Numbered from the stretch's first letter, positions 37,794 to 52,720 are shown. The stretch is 64,000 nt of DNA from Harriotta raleighana (GCA_050575255.1 JBNZDD010013646.1:2371229-2435228); one strand, 5' to 3'. Notes: generated from the sequence alone by a model not told the origin. Program-made: numbers and translations.

Positions 37794-40700
37794 TATTAAT
37801 AATAGCATGGCTGAACCCCTCAATATGGTTGTCAAGGGGCCCAAATATTTGCCACTACAGGAACAAAGACAACATTATTCCAGCTATTTTTAAACGGTAA
37901 CATTGTAGAAACTGGAACCAGAGGTGAAAAGTTAATTTTAGCATGGGTAGCTTCTGTCCTCTAGGATGATGTTGGAATAAACTGCCTATCAAGGTTAATT
38001 TGGAAAAATCTGATGTTTTCAAATAACTAATCTTTATATTTAATATGATCTTATTGAACTGTCTCAATACGCATCATTATCATTACTACAAAGTACAATT
38101 AATATAATGTATACAATGACAATTCACAGTGGGTCAATTAAAATACTACTTCAGTGAGTGAGTAGTAATCATAAGGATCAGGTTCTCTATGGAGATGGTG
38201 GTAGCAGAAAGTATTGTTTATTTCAAGAACAAGTTAGATAGATTTCTATTGGAAAATAATATCTTGTGGGTACAATATTTAGATTAGGACACAACATGTC
38301 AAGCGATTATCAGAATGGTGGAAGGTAGACTGTGAAAGCCATTTTGTGGACAACAATATCCCACAGTTCATGAAATGAAAGAACAATTTCATGAAAGACC
38401 AAGATCATCTCATATGGCTGATAGAATTTTCTCTTTTTTTTCATTTATTCTTACAATACTATTCTCAGTTAAAGACTAACATGAGACATGTTAATCCACT
38501 CTTTTAAACATGACTAATACTGTACATGAATCTAGTTAGCTGCTTATTCTAACATTTATTATGTGGAAAATACTAAAGCATGTAATATCAAAATTTTATA
38601 TCAAAAATGCTAATACATATTGTAGTTTTACAATATGGTACTTGAAGATCAGAGATGATATTATGAAATAATCAACACACTTAGAAGCAATAACCAAGCC
38701 TCAAAAATAAAATTATAATTCATGAGTAAGTGCAAAAATTAATATTGCCTGCTATAAATGATGTGGATACTAATAACCTTAATTTTCATAAGGCACTTGA
38801 TGAAGTTCTACTTGTGAGACTGTTAAAGAATAAAGCTAATGAAATGAATGGCAAATTAGTTAACTGCACAGAAACCTGACTTACGAACAGGGAACAATAG
38901 GTGATGGCAAATGGAAATTTGACAAATTCTGCCTAGGGCATACTAACTATACAGAAAGGATGTTTGGATTTCATGCTATTCACACTGGCATCTAAAAATT
39001 GTTGATTTTGGATCCAATTCTATAATTCAGGAATTAATTATGATATCCTGAAATATGTTAAGTCAACTTGCTGGAATTCCTTCTAATGGGTCTTACTGTC
39101 AGAGTGGAGTTCATGCAAGTTGTCACAAACCTGTAACATAATACTGTAATACAATAATAATCCTTGGATTTGATATAGTGCTTTTCACATTTTCTAGACA
39201 TCTCAAAGGGCTTCACTGAATGTACTGTAAAGTAAACGCAGCAGCCAATTGCGCACTGCAGTGTCCCACAAACAGTCTTGGATTGAAATGACCAATTTTT
39301 ATTATTGTGGTTTTTTTGGTGGGATTATTACACATTATAAGGAGGCATGAATAGTTAGTTTGACTGCTGACATGCTTCCTGTACACTGACTAGCCAGTTC
39401 ACGCTAAAAGAAAAAAAAAAGTCTATATACCAGGTCATCAGGTAGCTTTCCCCGTTTGCAGCGCAAAGCCATTTTGTTCAGTGGGAGAAGATAAAATGTC
39501 TGATCACAGGTTGATTAAATCACCATCAAAATCACATCCTGACCCCAGAGAATGATGTCATTGTAAAAAGCCATCCATGTAAGGCAAACAAGCGGGCTGA
39601 CTGCATATGTGCAATGAATGGGATCCAAACTACAATCCTCTATAAGCAAAAACATAAAATAATGAGACTGATTTGAATTCATAACTGACTTGGAGTTTTT
39701 TTAATTATGTTAATTATTGATATTCAAGATATTAAAGCACATGAATAATATAAGAATGATCAATAGAATTCCCAAATATCTGGACCATTTGTGTAGATGG
39801 GCAAAGGAATGGCATAAACAGAAGATAATGAATGATTGAAACAAGAAGCATTAATTTATGCTAAATGAATGGTTTACCTTGAGCAAATGAGAAGAAAGAA
39901 AAGATTTGGGTGTTATTATTGATCATGGACTGATGTTTCAGTGAAGCTGTGAAGCTGTTGTCAATAAACCTCATTAATTTCACTTTGAGGGAGTTTGAGT
40001 ATAAATCAAAATAAGTTATTCGAGCCTTGTATTGATCTTTGGTTAAGGCAGATGTGGGCAGTTTTGGAAACCAAACTTAATAATACTTGTACCATTTAAA
40101 ATAATACATTTCACAAAGTGCTATAAAGCATAGTGCCTGTGTGTTTTGTAGGTAAACCACAACAACAAAATAAATATATGTTTTCATGCACAGCATAAAG
40201 AACTTCACAAAATGAGAATAATTAGAATTTAGGTAAATATTGTAGGCAAACAGCAATATCCAACAAATACACAGTCAGTAATTTTAGAGAAAATTCTATA
40301 AAGTACTATCAGAAATCTTGACAATGTGATGAGTTGCTATGTCACCATTATATTTGTAGTATTATTATTATACTTACAACAATAACATGATATAGGAATG
40401 TGTAACATAAGTTCTTAATTACAATTTATAACCATAACCAGAAGTATGTCATGCCATCCTCTGATAACTCTAGTTACTGGAAAAGGGTTATATCAGAGAC
40501 AATAACCTTTGGATATTGGCAAGAATCACAGCTAATGACTAATTTTACAAATCAGCATATATAGTAATAGACTCCTAAGCAGATCATTCAATTTATAATC
40601 CCTTCAATTTGATGTAGTACCTTTCACATCAGAATATTTCTTACGAATTTAATGTAAAATGTGTATTTTGTAGGTCTACTTCATTATTATTACTAATACT

Positions 40701-41837
40701 AATCTTTGAATTTGGTGTAAATTCATATCACGTTGTTGACACATACAGAGCTTTTCATGTCCATGTTCACGTTCATGTGGATGTTCCAAAGGAGACACAG
40801 TATTCCGGATCTGATCTGGGGGCAGGGATAGGGGTGTGTGGGGGGCACGGGCAGTAGGAGGTTGATTGACAGCACGGTCAAAGAGGAATACCTTGAAGTG
40901 AGTCTTAAAGGAGTCAAGGGATGGGGCGAAGTGGAGGGACTGCGGAATTGAGTTCCAGAGTGTAGGGGTAGAATGGTACTTCAGAGGATATGTAGTGGTC
41001 TGCATTGTGGGCAAGGATCAACAGCTACATTGTACACAGTAACATCCCACAAACAGCAGAGACATAATACAATAGTACCTTGGGATCTCAATGTACAGCG
41101 AAACAGGCAGACAGAACCTCAATCAAACATCTCATCCAAAGCAGGGTACCACTGACAATGCAGCACACCCCAATCTGGCAATAAAGCATTTCTTAGACTA
41201 TAAAAGTTCAAAATTTCAATTTGGATAACAATCTCGGAGCACAATTTAAAATCAAATAATTTAAAATTAAAATATTAACCCTGGACTAGAGATCTGATTA
41301 TTTCATGAATCAGTCAAGTGAATTTGCAGAGCAAGACTCCTGGCATAAAATATTTGTGTTATGTCAAATAGGTACTTAGAAAAATAATACTTGAGAACGG
41401 TCACTTTGAAATATTCTCTTCCGAGACAGGGCTGAAATCTACATTGGGATAGGTTCTGTGTGATTGTGAAAGATACTTGGGAAAAGTATTGCTGGGAAAC
41501 CATATTTTGGGGGGACAAATGTGCATGAGACCGACTTCCAGGAAGATGGAACCCAAATCAGATGGAATTTGGACTTTTTTGTCAGCATTTCTTATGTTCT
41601 TATTTTTTTCATGGAAAAATTGGTTTTCCTAGATCACTTTTTCATTCTGTGTTATAATAGTGGTCACATATTACTTGTAGGACATTACTGTGCGCCAATT
41701 GCCTGCCATAGTCATCTACAAATTATGCAGTAACATTAAAATATATCCTGTGAAGCACTTTGAGACTATTAATATGTGTAAGAATTTACTTAATAATAAA
41801 ATAAGAATAATAGTCATACTTAATAATAAACAAAATA

Positions 41838-42070
41838 CTGTTTGTGGCACACTTCTGTTTTGCAATTGGCTACCGCATTTCACCCACAAGATATACAGTT
41901 AATTCATTTTACAATATATTCTGTAAAGTGTTTTGAGACGTCTAAAAGATGTGAAAAGCGCTATATCAAATGCAACGATTATTATTATTAATACTATTAT
42001 TATTCAAGAGCATCTATGATCCCTCCCGATGTGCAAGGCGCTCTATAAATGTAATTTTGTTGTTGTTGTT
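41838..42070 (+). mobile_element. SINE 3' half followed by a solo L2 tail
   Basis: The SINE (ATT)n tail ends at about 42003, then CCTCCCGATGTGCAAGGCGCTCTATAAATG(TTG)n follows. Another decayed SINE tail lies at about 41680-41800. Confidence 0.8.
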
Positions 42071-42619
42071 CATGTGGTTTACACAAATGCGAAATGAACA
42101 CTGTTGAGTGTTGCCATATCAATCATTCACTTGCAGCAGAACTGTTTAGCACAGCCCAATCTTATCTTCATCTCATATCTATACAAGCAGGGTTCCATCA
42201 ATAATAAACTGCAGTGGGAATCGTGGCACATACGGAAGACTGACTCCAATTTGAGCACTCTTAACACCATCTTACTATGTTCAGCTCACTCAACAATCAT
42301 ACAGTTTAGGGGGAAATTATCAGATGAATATGCTTATTTCGGAAGAGCATGAAGCAATACTGACAAGAAATGAGATTAGAAATGACAAAAATGGGACAAT
42401 TCAGAACAAGAACTAAAATCAGAAAAATCATGTTTACAAGGGTAAAAAATAATTGTCAATCCCATGAATCTCAACAACAACAAGATTGCATTTATAGAGC
42501 ACTTTTCACGTCGGGAGGACGTCCCAAGGCGCTGATGATTAAATCAATAACCTTGACAGTGGAGCAACAATAAGAAGGAACACCTGTTCATAGAGTGCAA
42601 TAAAGAGTGTTTCAGGGAA

Positions 42620-43206
42620 AACAACAACAACAATAAAATTACACTTGTAAAGCGCGTTTCACGTTGAGAGGACGTCCCAAAGTGCTGAACAGAATGTCGG
42701 GACCCGAGCAAGGGGGGGATTGGGGGTAGTGGGAGGAGAAAGGAGAGTGGGAAGAATTAGGGTGAGGGGGAACCGAAGGCTCGGTCGAAGAGGAAGGTCT
42801 TGAGACCGGCCTTGAATGAGGAAAGAGAGGAAGCAAGGCGGAGGGACTGCGAGATGGAATTCCAGCGTGCGGGGGCAGAGAGGCTGAAAGCCTGGCCACC
42901 GATGGTTGGGTGGTTAGGGCAGTGGACGCGGAGCAGGCCTGAGTCTGCTGAATGGAGGGTGCGGGCAGGTTGATAGGGAGACAGCAGGTCAGAGAAGTAG
43001 GCGGGGACAAGAACGTGAATGGCCTTGAAGGTGAGGACGAGGATCTTGAAGTTGATCCTCTGGGGGATGGGGAGCCAGTGGAGGCGGGCGAGGGTGGGAG
43101 TGATGTGGTCGCGGAGCCTAGTACGGGAGAGTACATGGGCTGCAGAATTCTGTATGATCTGCAGCCTGTGAAGGGAGGAGTTGGGAAGGCCGATGAGGAG
43201 AGAGTT
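42620..43206 (-). mobile_element. Relatively young 5'-truncated L2 LINE
   Basis: CpG-retaining copy homologous to 31635-32376, with a (CAA)n tail on the plus strand at 42620. Confidence 0.9.
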
Positions 43207-46200
43207 AACTAAGTCAACAAGTCAACTAAGTCAACAACTAAGTCTACAAGTCAACTAAAAGATGTCTTTTAGTTGACTTGTAGGATTTTGATATCTGAAA
43301 ATCAAGTCAACTGAATCCCAAATGGAAAATCTGAATTTGAAGACATTTGGAAGCAAATAATAATTATGGCAAGTTTACCTATCTGGTGAACAGACATCAA
43401 AATCAATTCGGCAATTTTATTTATACTGCGGAATATGTTGGACGTTGTCACACAACCCAAAAATAACAATAATTATATTACAGTGCCAAGAAAATCACTT
43501 TTTTTTCCCCTTTTGTGGCTCTATATTGTTTATATTTGTACTCAATTTCCCCTTTTTTTTTAAATGAATATATATTTTTATAACTCCTTTCAATTTTTAG
43601 TGCTTCCCACCAGAAGTGAAACAATTGCTGGTTCCTTGACCATGGGAAAGCATCACAATTGAACCAAAAATTCATCCCCATCTGATGTCCATACTTTCCA
43701 GCAAAAGGTCACTGTATAGCATTCCGGAAAGGGAATATTGATTTATTTTTTTCCCCTTTCCTAGCCCAGGGCCTAAAATACTTTGGAATGCATTTCATGC
43801 AGTCAGAGTTAGGATCAGACAACAGACTAAGAATAGAGAATGAAAGTTTCCTGCTGTGCACGGCTGATTTTCACGATATAGTAATAGTTTTAACTTAAAT
43901 CACTGGGAGTCCACTGTTCTTAACTGCAGATTATTTTTTCCCCCTCTGCAATAGTCATTGAAATTAAAACATCTAAATGTGCTATTTGACGTCAGCTGAT
44001 ATTGGACAGGAGTCATCAAAGCAACCAACAACCATGAGAGTTGAAAGCCTCCTGACGACTGATACAAATGTTATCTATCCCTGCATTTATAGTTTGTGAC
44101 TGTAATAAGTTACAGACATTTTAATTCAGGCACACAGAATCGTTTCTTAACCTGATAGCAGTCCAATGCCAAATTTTCTTTAATAACAATAATAATCCTT
44201 GCATTTGATATAATACCTTATCACTTTGTTGAAACATTTCAAAGCCTTTGGTTTAAAATCTGAACTAAAGTTCTCCTGACGTGAAACGCGCTCTATAAGT
44301 GTAATTTTGTTGTTGTTGTTGTAAAGTGTAAGATCTCCAACAACACTGCACTCCCCAAGCAATACACTGGAGTGTCAGTGTGGACTATGAGTTTAAAATC
44401 CTGATGAAGCACTTAAATCCACAACTGTCCAACTCAGTGCTATCTACGGAGAGAAAAATGAGTGTGTACCTATGCCAAAAGGTTTTGTAGCTTTTCAGTA
44501 CTCAAACCTGAAATTAATAGCAATGTTACATTAGATAAGGACTCAAGTAGAAGTAGTAGTTTTTCTATCTTAAAAATATAAAACTATACACGCAAATTCT
44601 TGTGGTAGTAACTTTTTTCGATCATTACACTTATTACTTTCTTTTCTACATTTGGATATTTTGTTCACTATTTTAATTTGATTTGTTTTCCTATATTAAA
44701 AAACAACCTAATTTTTATTTTCATGTCCTCTGCACCATCTACCTCCCATTGGTGGGTGAGCTTTCAGCAACGGAAATTCTTCCTGAAGTCCCTCCAACTC
44801 ATCTCACCTCCTCCCTCTTCATGTTCAAGATCTGCCTCAAGATTTACCTCTTTCAATGCGCTTTTCCCTTCCCCACCTTCTGCAGCTGCCAGTAATTTCC
44901 AGATGCAATCACGGAAAAAACTAGAAGCAAGAATAGTGGATGATAAAGCTTTTTGTGTGTGTGAAATACCATTAAATACCCCTGTCAACAATTTGCTGGT
45001 TTTGATATTATAACTATACATCATTCAGACTGACTGGTTGTTCAGACATACTCCATTTTGTAGTAGGATTGCATATACTGTTTTTGCATTGGCTGCCAGC
45101 AGCAAGATGGTGTGAATGAGAAATGATTTTGTGTGACTGAATTGTATGACTTTAGAAATTGTCTTTTTGTGCCTGTNNNNNNNNNNNNNNNNNNNNNGGG
45201 AGGAGTTGGGAAGGCCGATGAGGAGAGAGTTAACTAAGTCAACAAGTCAACTAAGTCAACAACTAAGTCTACAAGTCAACTAAAAGATGTCTTTTAGTTG
45301 ACTTGTAGGATTTTGATATCTGAAAATCAAGTCAACTGAATCCCAAATGGAAAATCTGAATTTGAAGACATTTGGAAGCAAATAATAATTATGGCAAGTT
45401 TACCTATCTGGTGAACAGACATCAAAATCAATTCGGCAATTTTATTTATACTGCGGAATATGTTGGACGTTGTCACACAACCCAAAAATAACAATAATTA
45501 TATTACAGTGCCAAGAAAATCACTTTTTTTTCCCCTTTTGTGGCTCTATATTGTTTATATTTGTACTCAATTTCCCCTTTTTTTTTAAATGAATATATAT
45601 TTTTATAGCTCCTTTCAATTTTTAGTGCTTCCCACCAGAAGTGAAACAATTGCTGGTTCCTTGACCATGGGAAAGCATCACAATTGAACCAAAAATTCAT
45701 CCCCATCTGATGTCCATACTTTCCAGCAAAAGGTCACTGTATAGCATTCCGGAAAGGGAATATTGATTTATTTTTTTCCCCTTTCCTAGCCCAGGGCCTA
45801 AAATACTTTGGAATGCATTTCATGCAGTCAGAGTTAGGATCAGACAACAGACTAAGAATAGAGAATGAAAGTTTCCTGCTGTGCACGGCTGATTTTCACG
45901 ATATAGTAATAGTTTTAACTTAAATCACTGGGAGTCCACTGTTCTTAACTGCAGATTATTTTTTCCCCCTCTGCAATAGTCATTGAAATTAAAACATCTA
46001 AATGTGCTATTTGACGTCAGCTGATATTGGACAGGAGTCATCAAAGCAACCAACAACCATGAGAGTTGAAAGCCTCCTGACGACTGATACAAATGTTATC
46101 TATCCCTGCATTTATAGTTTGTGACTGTAATAAGTTACAGACATTTTAATTCAGGCACACAGAATCGTTTCTTAACCTGATAGCAGTCCAATGCCAAATT

Positions 46201-47201
46201 TTCTTTAATAACAATAATAATCCTTGCATTTGATATAATACCTTATCACTTTGTTGAAACATTTCAAAGCCTTTGGTTTAAAATCTGAACTAAAGTTCTC
46301 CTGACGTGAAACGCGCTCTATAAGTGTAATTTTGTTGTTGTTGTTGTAAAGTGTAAGATCTCCAACAACACTGCACTCCCCAAGCAATCCACTGGAGTGT
46401 CAGTGTGGACTATGAGTTTAAAATCCTGATGAAGCACTTAAATCCACAACTGTCCAACTCAGTGCTATCTACGGAGAGAAAAATGAGTGTGTACCTATGC
46501 CAAAAGGTTTTGTAGCTTTTCAGTACTCAAACCTGAAATTAATAGCAATGTTACATTAGATAAGGACTCAAGTAGAAGTAGTAGTTTTTCTATCTTAAAA
46601 ATATAAAACTATACACGCAAATTCTTGTGGTAGTAACTTTTTTCGATCATTACACTTATTACTTTCTTTTCTACATTTGGATATTTTGTTCACTATTTTA
46701 ATTTGATTTGTTTTCCTATATTAAAAAACAACCTAATTTTTATTTTCATGTCCTCTGCACCATCTACCTCCCATTGGTGGGTGAGCTTTCAGCAATGGAA
46801 ATTCTTCCTGAAGTCCCTCCAACTCATCTCACCTCCTCCCTCTTCATGTTCAAGATCTGCCTCAAGATTTACCTCTTTCAATGCGCTTTTCCCTTCCCCA
46901 CCTTCTGCAGCTGCCAGTAATTTCCAGATGCAATCACGGAAAAAACTAGAAGCAAGAATAGTGGATGATAAAGCTTTTTGTGTGTGTGAAATACCATTAA
47001 ATACCCCTGTCAACAATTTGCTGGTTTTGATATTATAACTATACATCATTCAGACTGACTGGTTGTTCAGACATACTCCATTTTGTAGTAGGATTGCATA
47101 TACTGTTTTTGCATTGGCTGCCAGCAGCAAGATGGTGTGAATGAGAAATGATTTTGTGTGACTGAATTGTATGACTTTAGAAATTGTCTTTTTGTGCCTG
47201 T
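43173..47201. repeat. 2004-bp near-identical direct duplication (43173-45176 and 45198-47201) across a 21-N gap; probable assembly artefact
   Basis: Constant offset of 2025, with only about 3 substitutions noticed. The copies abut the N run at 45177-45197. Confidence 0.9.
43590..43870 (-). mobile_element. AmnSINE2-like relic (duplicated at about 45615-45895)
   Basis: The reverse complement reads CTGGGCTAGGAAAGGGGAAAA...GCTATACAGTGACCTTTTGCTGGAAAGT...TGTGATGC, matching the recalled AmnSINE2 core. Confidence 0.65.
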
Positions 47202-50200
47202 GTGTCACAGGGATTACTTTTCTTGTGGTTTAGGACATTATAAATGATCAAGGCATTAGTCTTCTTTGTACTTTAGTAATGCATTTTGTTCTGATCCTAC
47301 TCTTACACTTAGATTTTCTTCCAATATTATATTTCTAGGAGAGCTGAACTCTAATGTTCATTCCCAATGATGATTACTTTTCATTGTGTCAGAGCGTTTT
47401 TGTCAATAAATTAGCAATAAAGTAAATTTAATACCGGCACAAAAACTAAGCGAGCAGAAATTGAGATGTTTCTTAATACATAATGTTGGAAAATGTAACA
47501 CTCAATGTAACCAGTGATAATTATCAATATCATCTCTCCTTTCTCCTCCTCCTCCTCCTTCACCTTTCTCCCTTGTTTGGCATCCAGTCCCATCACTGTA
47601 AATCACTCCAAAATATTATCCCATGTGAAATACACTATATAAATGCAAGTTATTTTTCTTGTTGTAATCAAAAGCCAAATCAAATAATTTATCTACATTA
47701 ATATCATCTACACAGGATTTTAAAGAAGTGGACTATGTCCATCTTCAGTCTTCATGAAAATCATTCCTGTTCTACAAGTTTCTTTTAACTCTGCTCAGGC
47801 CAAGTCCTAGAATCATCCATGTCCACTTGTCTGAATACAAAGTCCTTTTGAATGTAGGGTCGAGAAGCTACACATTTTCAAAAATTGCCACATCAATGAT
47901 ATACACGTTATTTTTGATCTACAATATTTGATCACCTTGTTGATACTATTCAAATGAACTGCTATGTAATCATAATCAAATTGTTTTTCTCTATTAATGT
48001 ATTGTTTCTTGTTCTAGTATTTACCTGTAATTAAAAGCACTTATCATTCTTTTGTCCATCTGTTTAGTTATCTGGTATCATCAGAGAATTTCACATTACA
48101 ATAAACATAATATTCCAAATTATTTAGAAATAGAGGAAAGTGCGTAGGTCTCAGAACAGCCTGGAAAACTGTACCAGTTTCTGCTCAAAGACAGATTTTA
48201 AAAATGCACNGTAATTAAAAGCACTTATCATTCTTTTGTCCATCTGTTTAGTTATCTGGTATCATCAGAGAATTTCACATTACAATAAACATATTATTCC
48301 AAATTATTTAGAAATAGAGGAAAGTGCATAAGTCTCAGAACAGCCTGGAAAACTGTACCAGTTTCTGCTCAAAGACAGATTTTAAAAATGCATTTATCTG
48401 TCTATCACCAAGCTAAGTTTAAAAGAGTAGCTAGTTTTCTACAATATTATTCCCCTTTTAAAGTCTCAAATTGAATATTTTCCTCAAATCCAACACAAAA
48501 CAAACAATATATTTCCAGTCTCCTTATCTAATATAGTGCCTAAACCCTGGTTCTTATCAGNATCTGTCTATCACCAAGCTAAGTTTAAAAGAGTAGCTAG
48601 TTTTCTACAATGTTATTCCCCTTTTAAAGTCTCATATTGAATATTTTCCTCAAATCCAACACAAAACAAATAATATATTTCCAGTCTCCTTATCTAGTGC
48701 CTAAACCCTGGTTCTTATCAACCTACGCTTAGTACTATCCGGAATTAGGTAAGCAGGACACATCCCTCCAGGAGAGAATGTGCATACTATTTATTACAAC
48801 AATCTATCGCTATGATTTCCATGGATGCTTGGAAATCTCAGCTTGGTTTTGATACCCTTGAACATGGTGATGGGTTTCTGCATGTTTCAGTTGTCCGGCT
48901 GACCCCCCAAAACACTAGATATGCATTGGTAGCATTCTATAAAATCCCTCAAATCTATTTATGTTCAAGTCCTGTGGCTCTCCCTCAGTATTACCCCAAT
49001 GCCTTTCTCATTCCTTTCAGGAACATAGCTCACTCCATTTGACCATGGTGTCGCAAAGAACTTTCATTTGAGTTTCAGCTGTCCATTTGCGTTTCAGTTT
49101 CCCGATCCCAAATTACATTGACTTTTTCACTCATTAAAGTTGGTCTTTGTCCATTGCTAATATAAATACTTGGGTTTCACTTTCCCAACAGTTTGGACAC
49201 AGTGTACAAGGTGTCCAATCTGTTGTTCTGTTATATTCTTACCTCTTCTTTATGTTTCTATTAATTACCTTCATATAATTTGTACAATTCACAGTACAAA
49301 TAGCACCGCAAACCACAGGCTTTCTTTTCCTTGGGTCTTTTGAAATATTCCTGTGCAGCATTTTATTCAAACATTAAGGTCATGAGGCTTGTATTCCTCT
49401 TTCTTTTAAGCGAGGGACTCTTTTTCATTATTTCTTAAAACGGCCTTGAGATAACAAAATTAGTTTTCTCTTGAAATATTTCGTAGTTCGCATTAATACT
49501 TCAGCCTTCGTGGAGCTATTCTTATAGTGTTCTTCAGTGTTTGTTTTTGCAAAGCTGTGGGCCCCTCAATATTGTTAAATTTAGTGTTTGACTTGAATGT
49601 AATTGTAGAACCAACTTTACGGGATCAATGCAGCCTAAGTGAGCATACACTCCCAGGATACCGATTGTTTCAGGTAGATTGCTATACCGAACAGAGCATC
49701 TTTATTGTCCTTTTAGCTGATGACATGTGTTTGAATAGGGAATTGCTAGATTCATTACATTAATGTCCCAGCCAAATTGGCAAAATCCCATTTATGTTTT
49801 CTTTTGACAATGAGATGGACTTATTACATAAGAGAATGATGGATTCTGAAGAGGAAGATAGGAATCTGTACTTTAATTCAAGAGCTCTTGTCGCACCGCA
49901 AACCAGCAGAAATGTTAACAGGAATCCAGGCTGATTATAGCAGCAATCCTCTTCTGTGGTGTATTATATCTTTATAATAGATAAAATAAGTTTACAATTG
50001 AATGTTACATTATTGCTACAAACATCACTGGTGTGGACAAATGCTTAAATCATAATCAACTGTTTGGCTGATTTCACTGCAGTTAAAATTAACATGAGTA
50101 CCTCCTCAAAATAGTCTACTCACGTTTTGTGAAACCTACAATTATGGATGGATGTCATTCATGAAATAGAAAATGAGCTGCATGCAGTCTGTATTAGGTT

Positions 50201-50485
50201 GATTTGATAAAAATCCTTGCAATTTATATAGAGCCTTATATCCTTGTTGAGACATATCAAAATACTTCATAGGCTTTTACTATGAATGTGGTGACTGCAT
50301 ATATTGTAGGTGAATTTTTTGCTTGCAAATTGGAGCAATGCAAAATCTGGTGATTTGAAAAGAAAATGTGTTACTGACATGAAAGGCGCTACACAAGTGT
50401 AATGTGTTATTATTTGAGGTTCGTTAAGATCGCCCTTCATTGTGAAAGAGTATCACCAACATTGCCCATTTTAAGGAAGCTCATA

Positions 50486-50815
50486 CAGTAAAATCTCGAT
50501 AATCCGGCACATTTGGGCCCACTCACCTACCGGATTTCGAAGTTTGTTGGTATTTAGAACCTACTCTAGAAATGGCTGGGGAAGTCCTGCCCCATACACC
50601 ACGTGTGCTGTAAACACAGCGCTGAAGCCAAACAATGTCCGAGCTCCACCCACAGCGCCAGCTAACCGGGTTATACCAACGGGAACTACAAGCAGCTGTT
50701 TCAAATTTTGAGAGATTTGTGAGAAAAAAATTAACAACGCTGTACGTACTTTGAAATCTTGCTGGTTTTAGGGAATTGTCGAATTTCGAAACGTCAGATT
50801 ATCGAGGTTTTACTG
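50486..50815. mobile_element. Tigger/pogo-like MITE (family B) with intact TIRs
   Basis: CAGTAAAATCTCGATAATC / GATTATCGAGGTTTTACTG (18/19 inverted match), with TA on both flanks. Confidence 0.92.
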
Positions 50816-51537
50816 TATTCTGTAATATATTTTCTCCTCTGATCATTGGATATTGCTTGCTTCGCTTTGATTTACAAGTGTTCAGCAGAATCTGAACATA
50901 TGCCACTGTTGTGCCAGGTGTAGCAAATGGATAGATGCAGTAGGATAAATGCCTATTCACAGATGGGGTTGCATGTTCGTGGATTAAGAATAGTGGAGTG
51001 CATTTGGTAATGAGCACTTCAATTACAGGGCAGCTGCACCAGGCCAGGGAAGGTGTCTCATTTCACTCCCACTTGCTAAATGCATTTGGGCAGCAGATGC
51101 TTAAGTGTTTCATTGAACCTTTAACCATGCAATCTGTCTTAGCAATATGCATTTACACACCCATTTCCACTGTTCAAAGATTTTTTTGATGAGACTTTAT
51201 ATGAATTCTTGCTGGGATACCATATTATCAGACAGCAAACATCAAAATACTTAATCTGCTTGAAGACAAAGATTTAGGTACAATTGTCTGTTATATTTAA
51301 CACAAAAGTATGGTCCCTTATGCTTTTAGTATACCATATTGTGATTTGAAACTTAGATATCTGATTCATGCTTACTCGGACCACAAACATGTCTGATCCA
51401 TGACTGTTCAACACATTGGGACATGCTCTCGACATAAAAGGCAATTTTGTAATTTTGTTATATACAGTATATATATATTTATATATGTATAGTTCATTTA
51501 TTTGATATATATTGGAAGATATCTTAAAATCATTTAT

Positions 51538-51917
51538 GGAGTCCTATACTCCATGGTTAGAACACTCGCCTTGCAAGTGAGAAACCTGGTTTGGATTCCA
51601 GGCAGGACAAAACCTTGAGCAATTTGTTCTTATTACACATGCCTGATGATAATCCCTTAAGAGAAAAATAAATAAATTCTTCACTTCTATCCACGACTCT
51701 GTGTGGGATACTGATGTGTGCAATTGGCTGCCGCATTTCGCCCAAAAATATACAACAACAACAAAATTGCAATTATAAGCGCCCTTCACATCGAGAGGAT
51801 GTCTCAAGGCACTGAATCACTTCACAGTCAATTCACTTTACAGTATATTCTGTGAAGCACTTTGAGATATCTAGAAGACATGACATGTGCTATATCAAAT
51901 GCAAGGATTATTATTAT
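51538..51917 (+). mobile_element. Full-length tRNA/Deu SINE containing an antisense solo L2 tail (about 51755-51823)
   Basis: The SINE motif AAATATACAGTCAATTCAC is split by CAACAACAACAAAATTGC...GATGTCTCAAGGCACTG. Confidence 0.88.
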
Positions 51918-52720
51918 CTATATACAGTATATACTATATAATATATGTATAGTTTAACCTGAAGATTTTTAAACAAGGTGGTGGTTTTTTGCCTGCGCCA
52001 GATTCATGGCTGACCAAAAAAATCAAAGAACTGCATATTATTTCCTAGATTATCCCATATCTTAAACAAATCTCTTGTATTTGCAGTTCACTTCCCTTGT
52101 TTTTATGTTTAATCTGTAATCCATCGTTATGAATTTTCTGCAAGACAGAAACTATAACAGCAACAGATATCCAAACCTCCTTTGTGGCCAATCTTTCCTC
52201 ATCTCCTAAATTATGAATTAATCTAGTGCCTTCTGTTATGCAATAATAACTCTTATACAGAATTTGGTTCACCGTCATTCTGTTGATAAATTGTCTCAAA
52301 GTACTTTATAGGATATACTCTAAAGTGTTTTCACTCTATATTTTATAACCAAACACAGCAGTCAATTTGTTTACAGAAATGTTACTCAAATAGCTTTAAA
52401 CTGCACAAAAGAAAGTGAGTGCGTACTTTGAGTACTTGGGGTTGGAATCCACAACCTTCTAACTCACGAGGTGAAAATCCTACCAACTGGGTAACCCATA
52501 TCATGTTTTAAAATAAAGCAGAACAAAACTGCCCACTGCACTCCTAATATTGGGCCTGAAATTAGGTTTATTAACCTGTGAGTAAAGTTTTCTCAAAATT
52601 TAAGATTGTTTAGAAGGAATTCTTAAATTCCTCACTTGGAAATCAGTTAATCATTTTTAAAAAGTGTGGAAATTGGTTTCCAGTTTGCATTTTAAATCAA
52701 AATGTCTTTTCCAATTTAGA

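Noticed and set aside
43205-43315. CRISPR-like or iteron-like AAGTCAAC repeats
   Set aside because: The units are 8-12 bp with no regular spacers, there are no cas genes, and the context is vertebrate.
43173-47201. 2-kb tandem duplication as a real segmental duplication with duplicated ORFs
   Set aside because: The copies abut an N gap and differ by only a few substitutions, which is typical of uncollapsed alleles or contig overlap. The ORFs are repeat-derived noise. Read depth would settle it.
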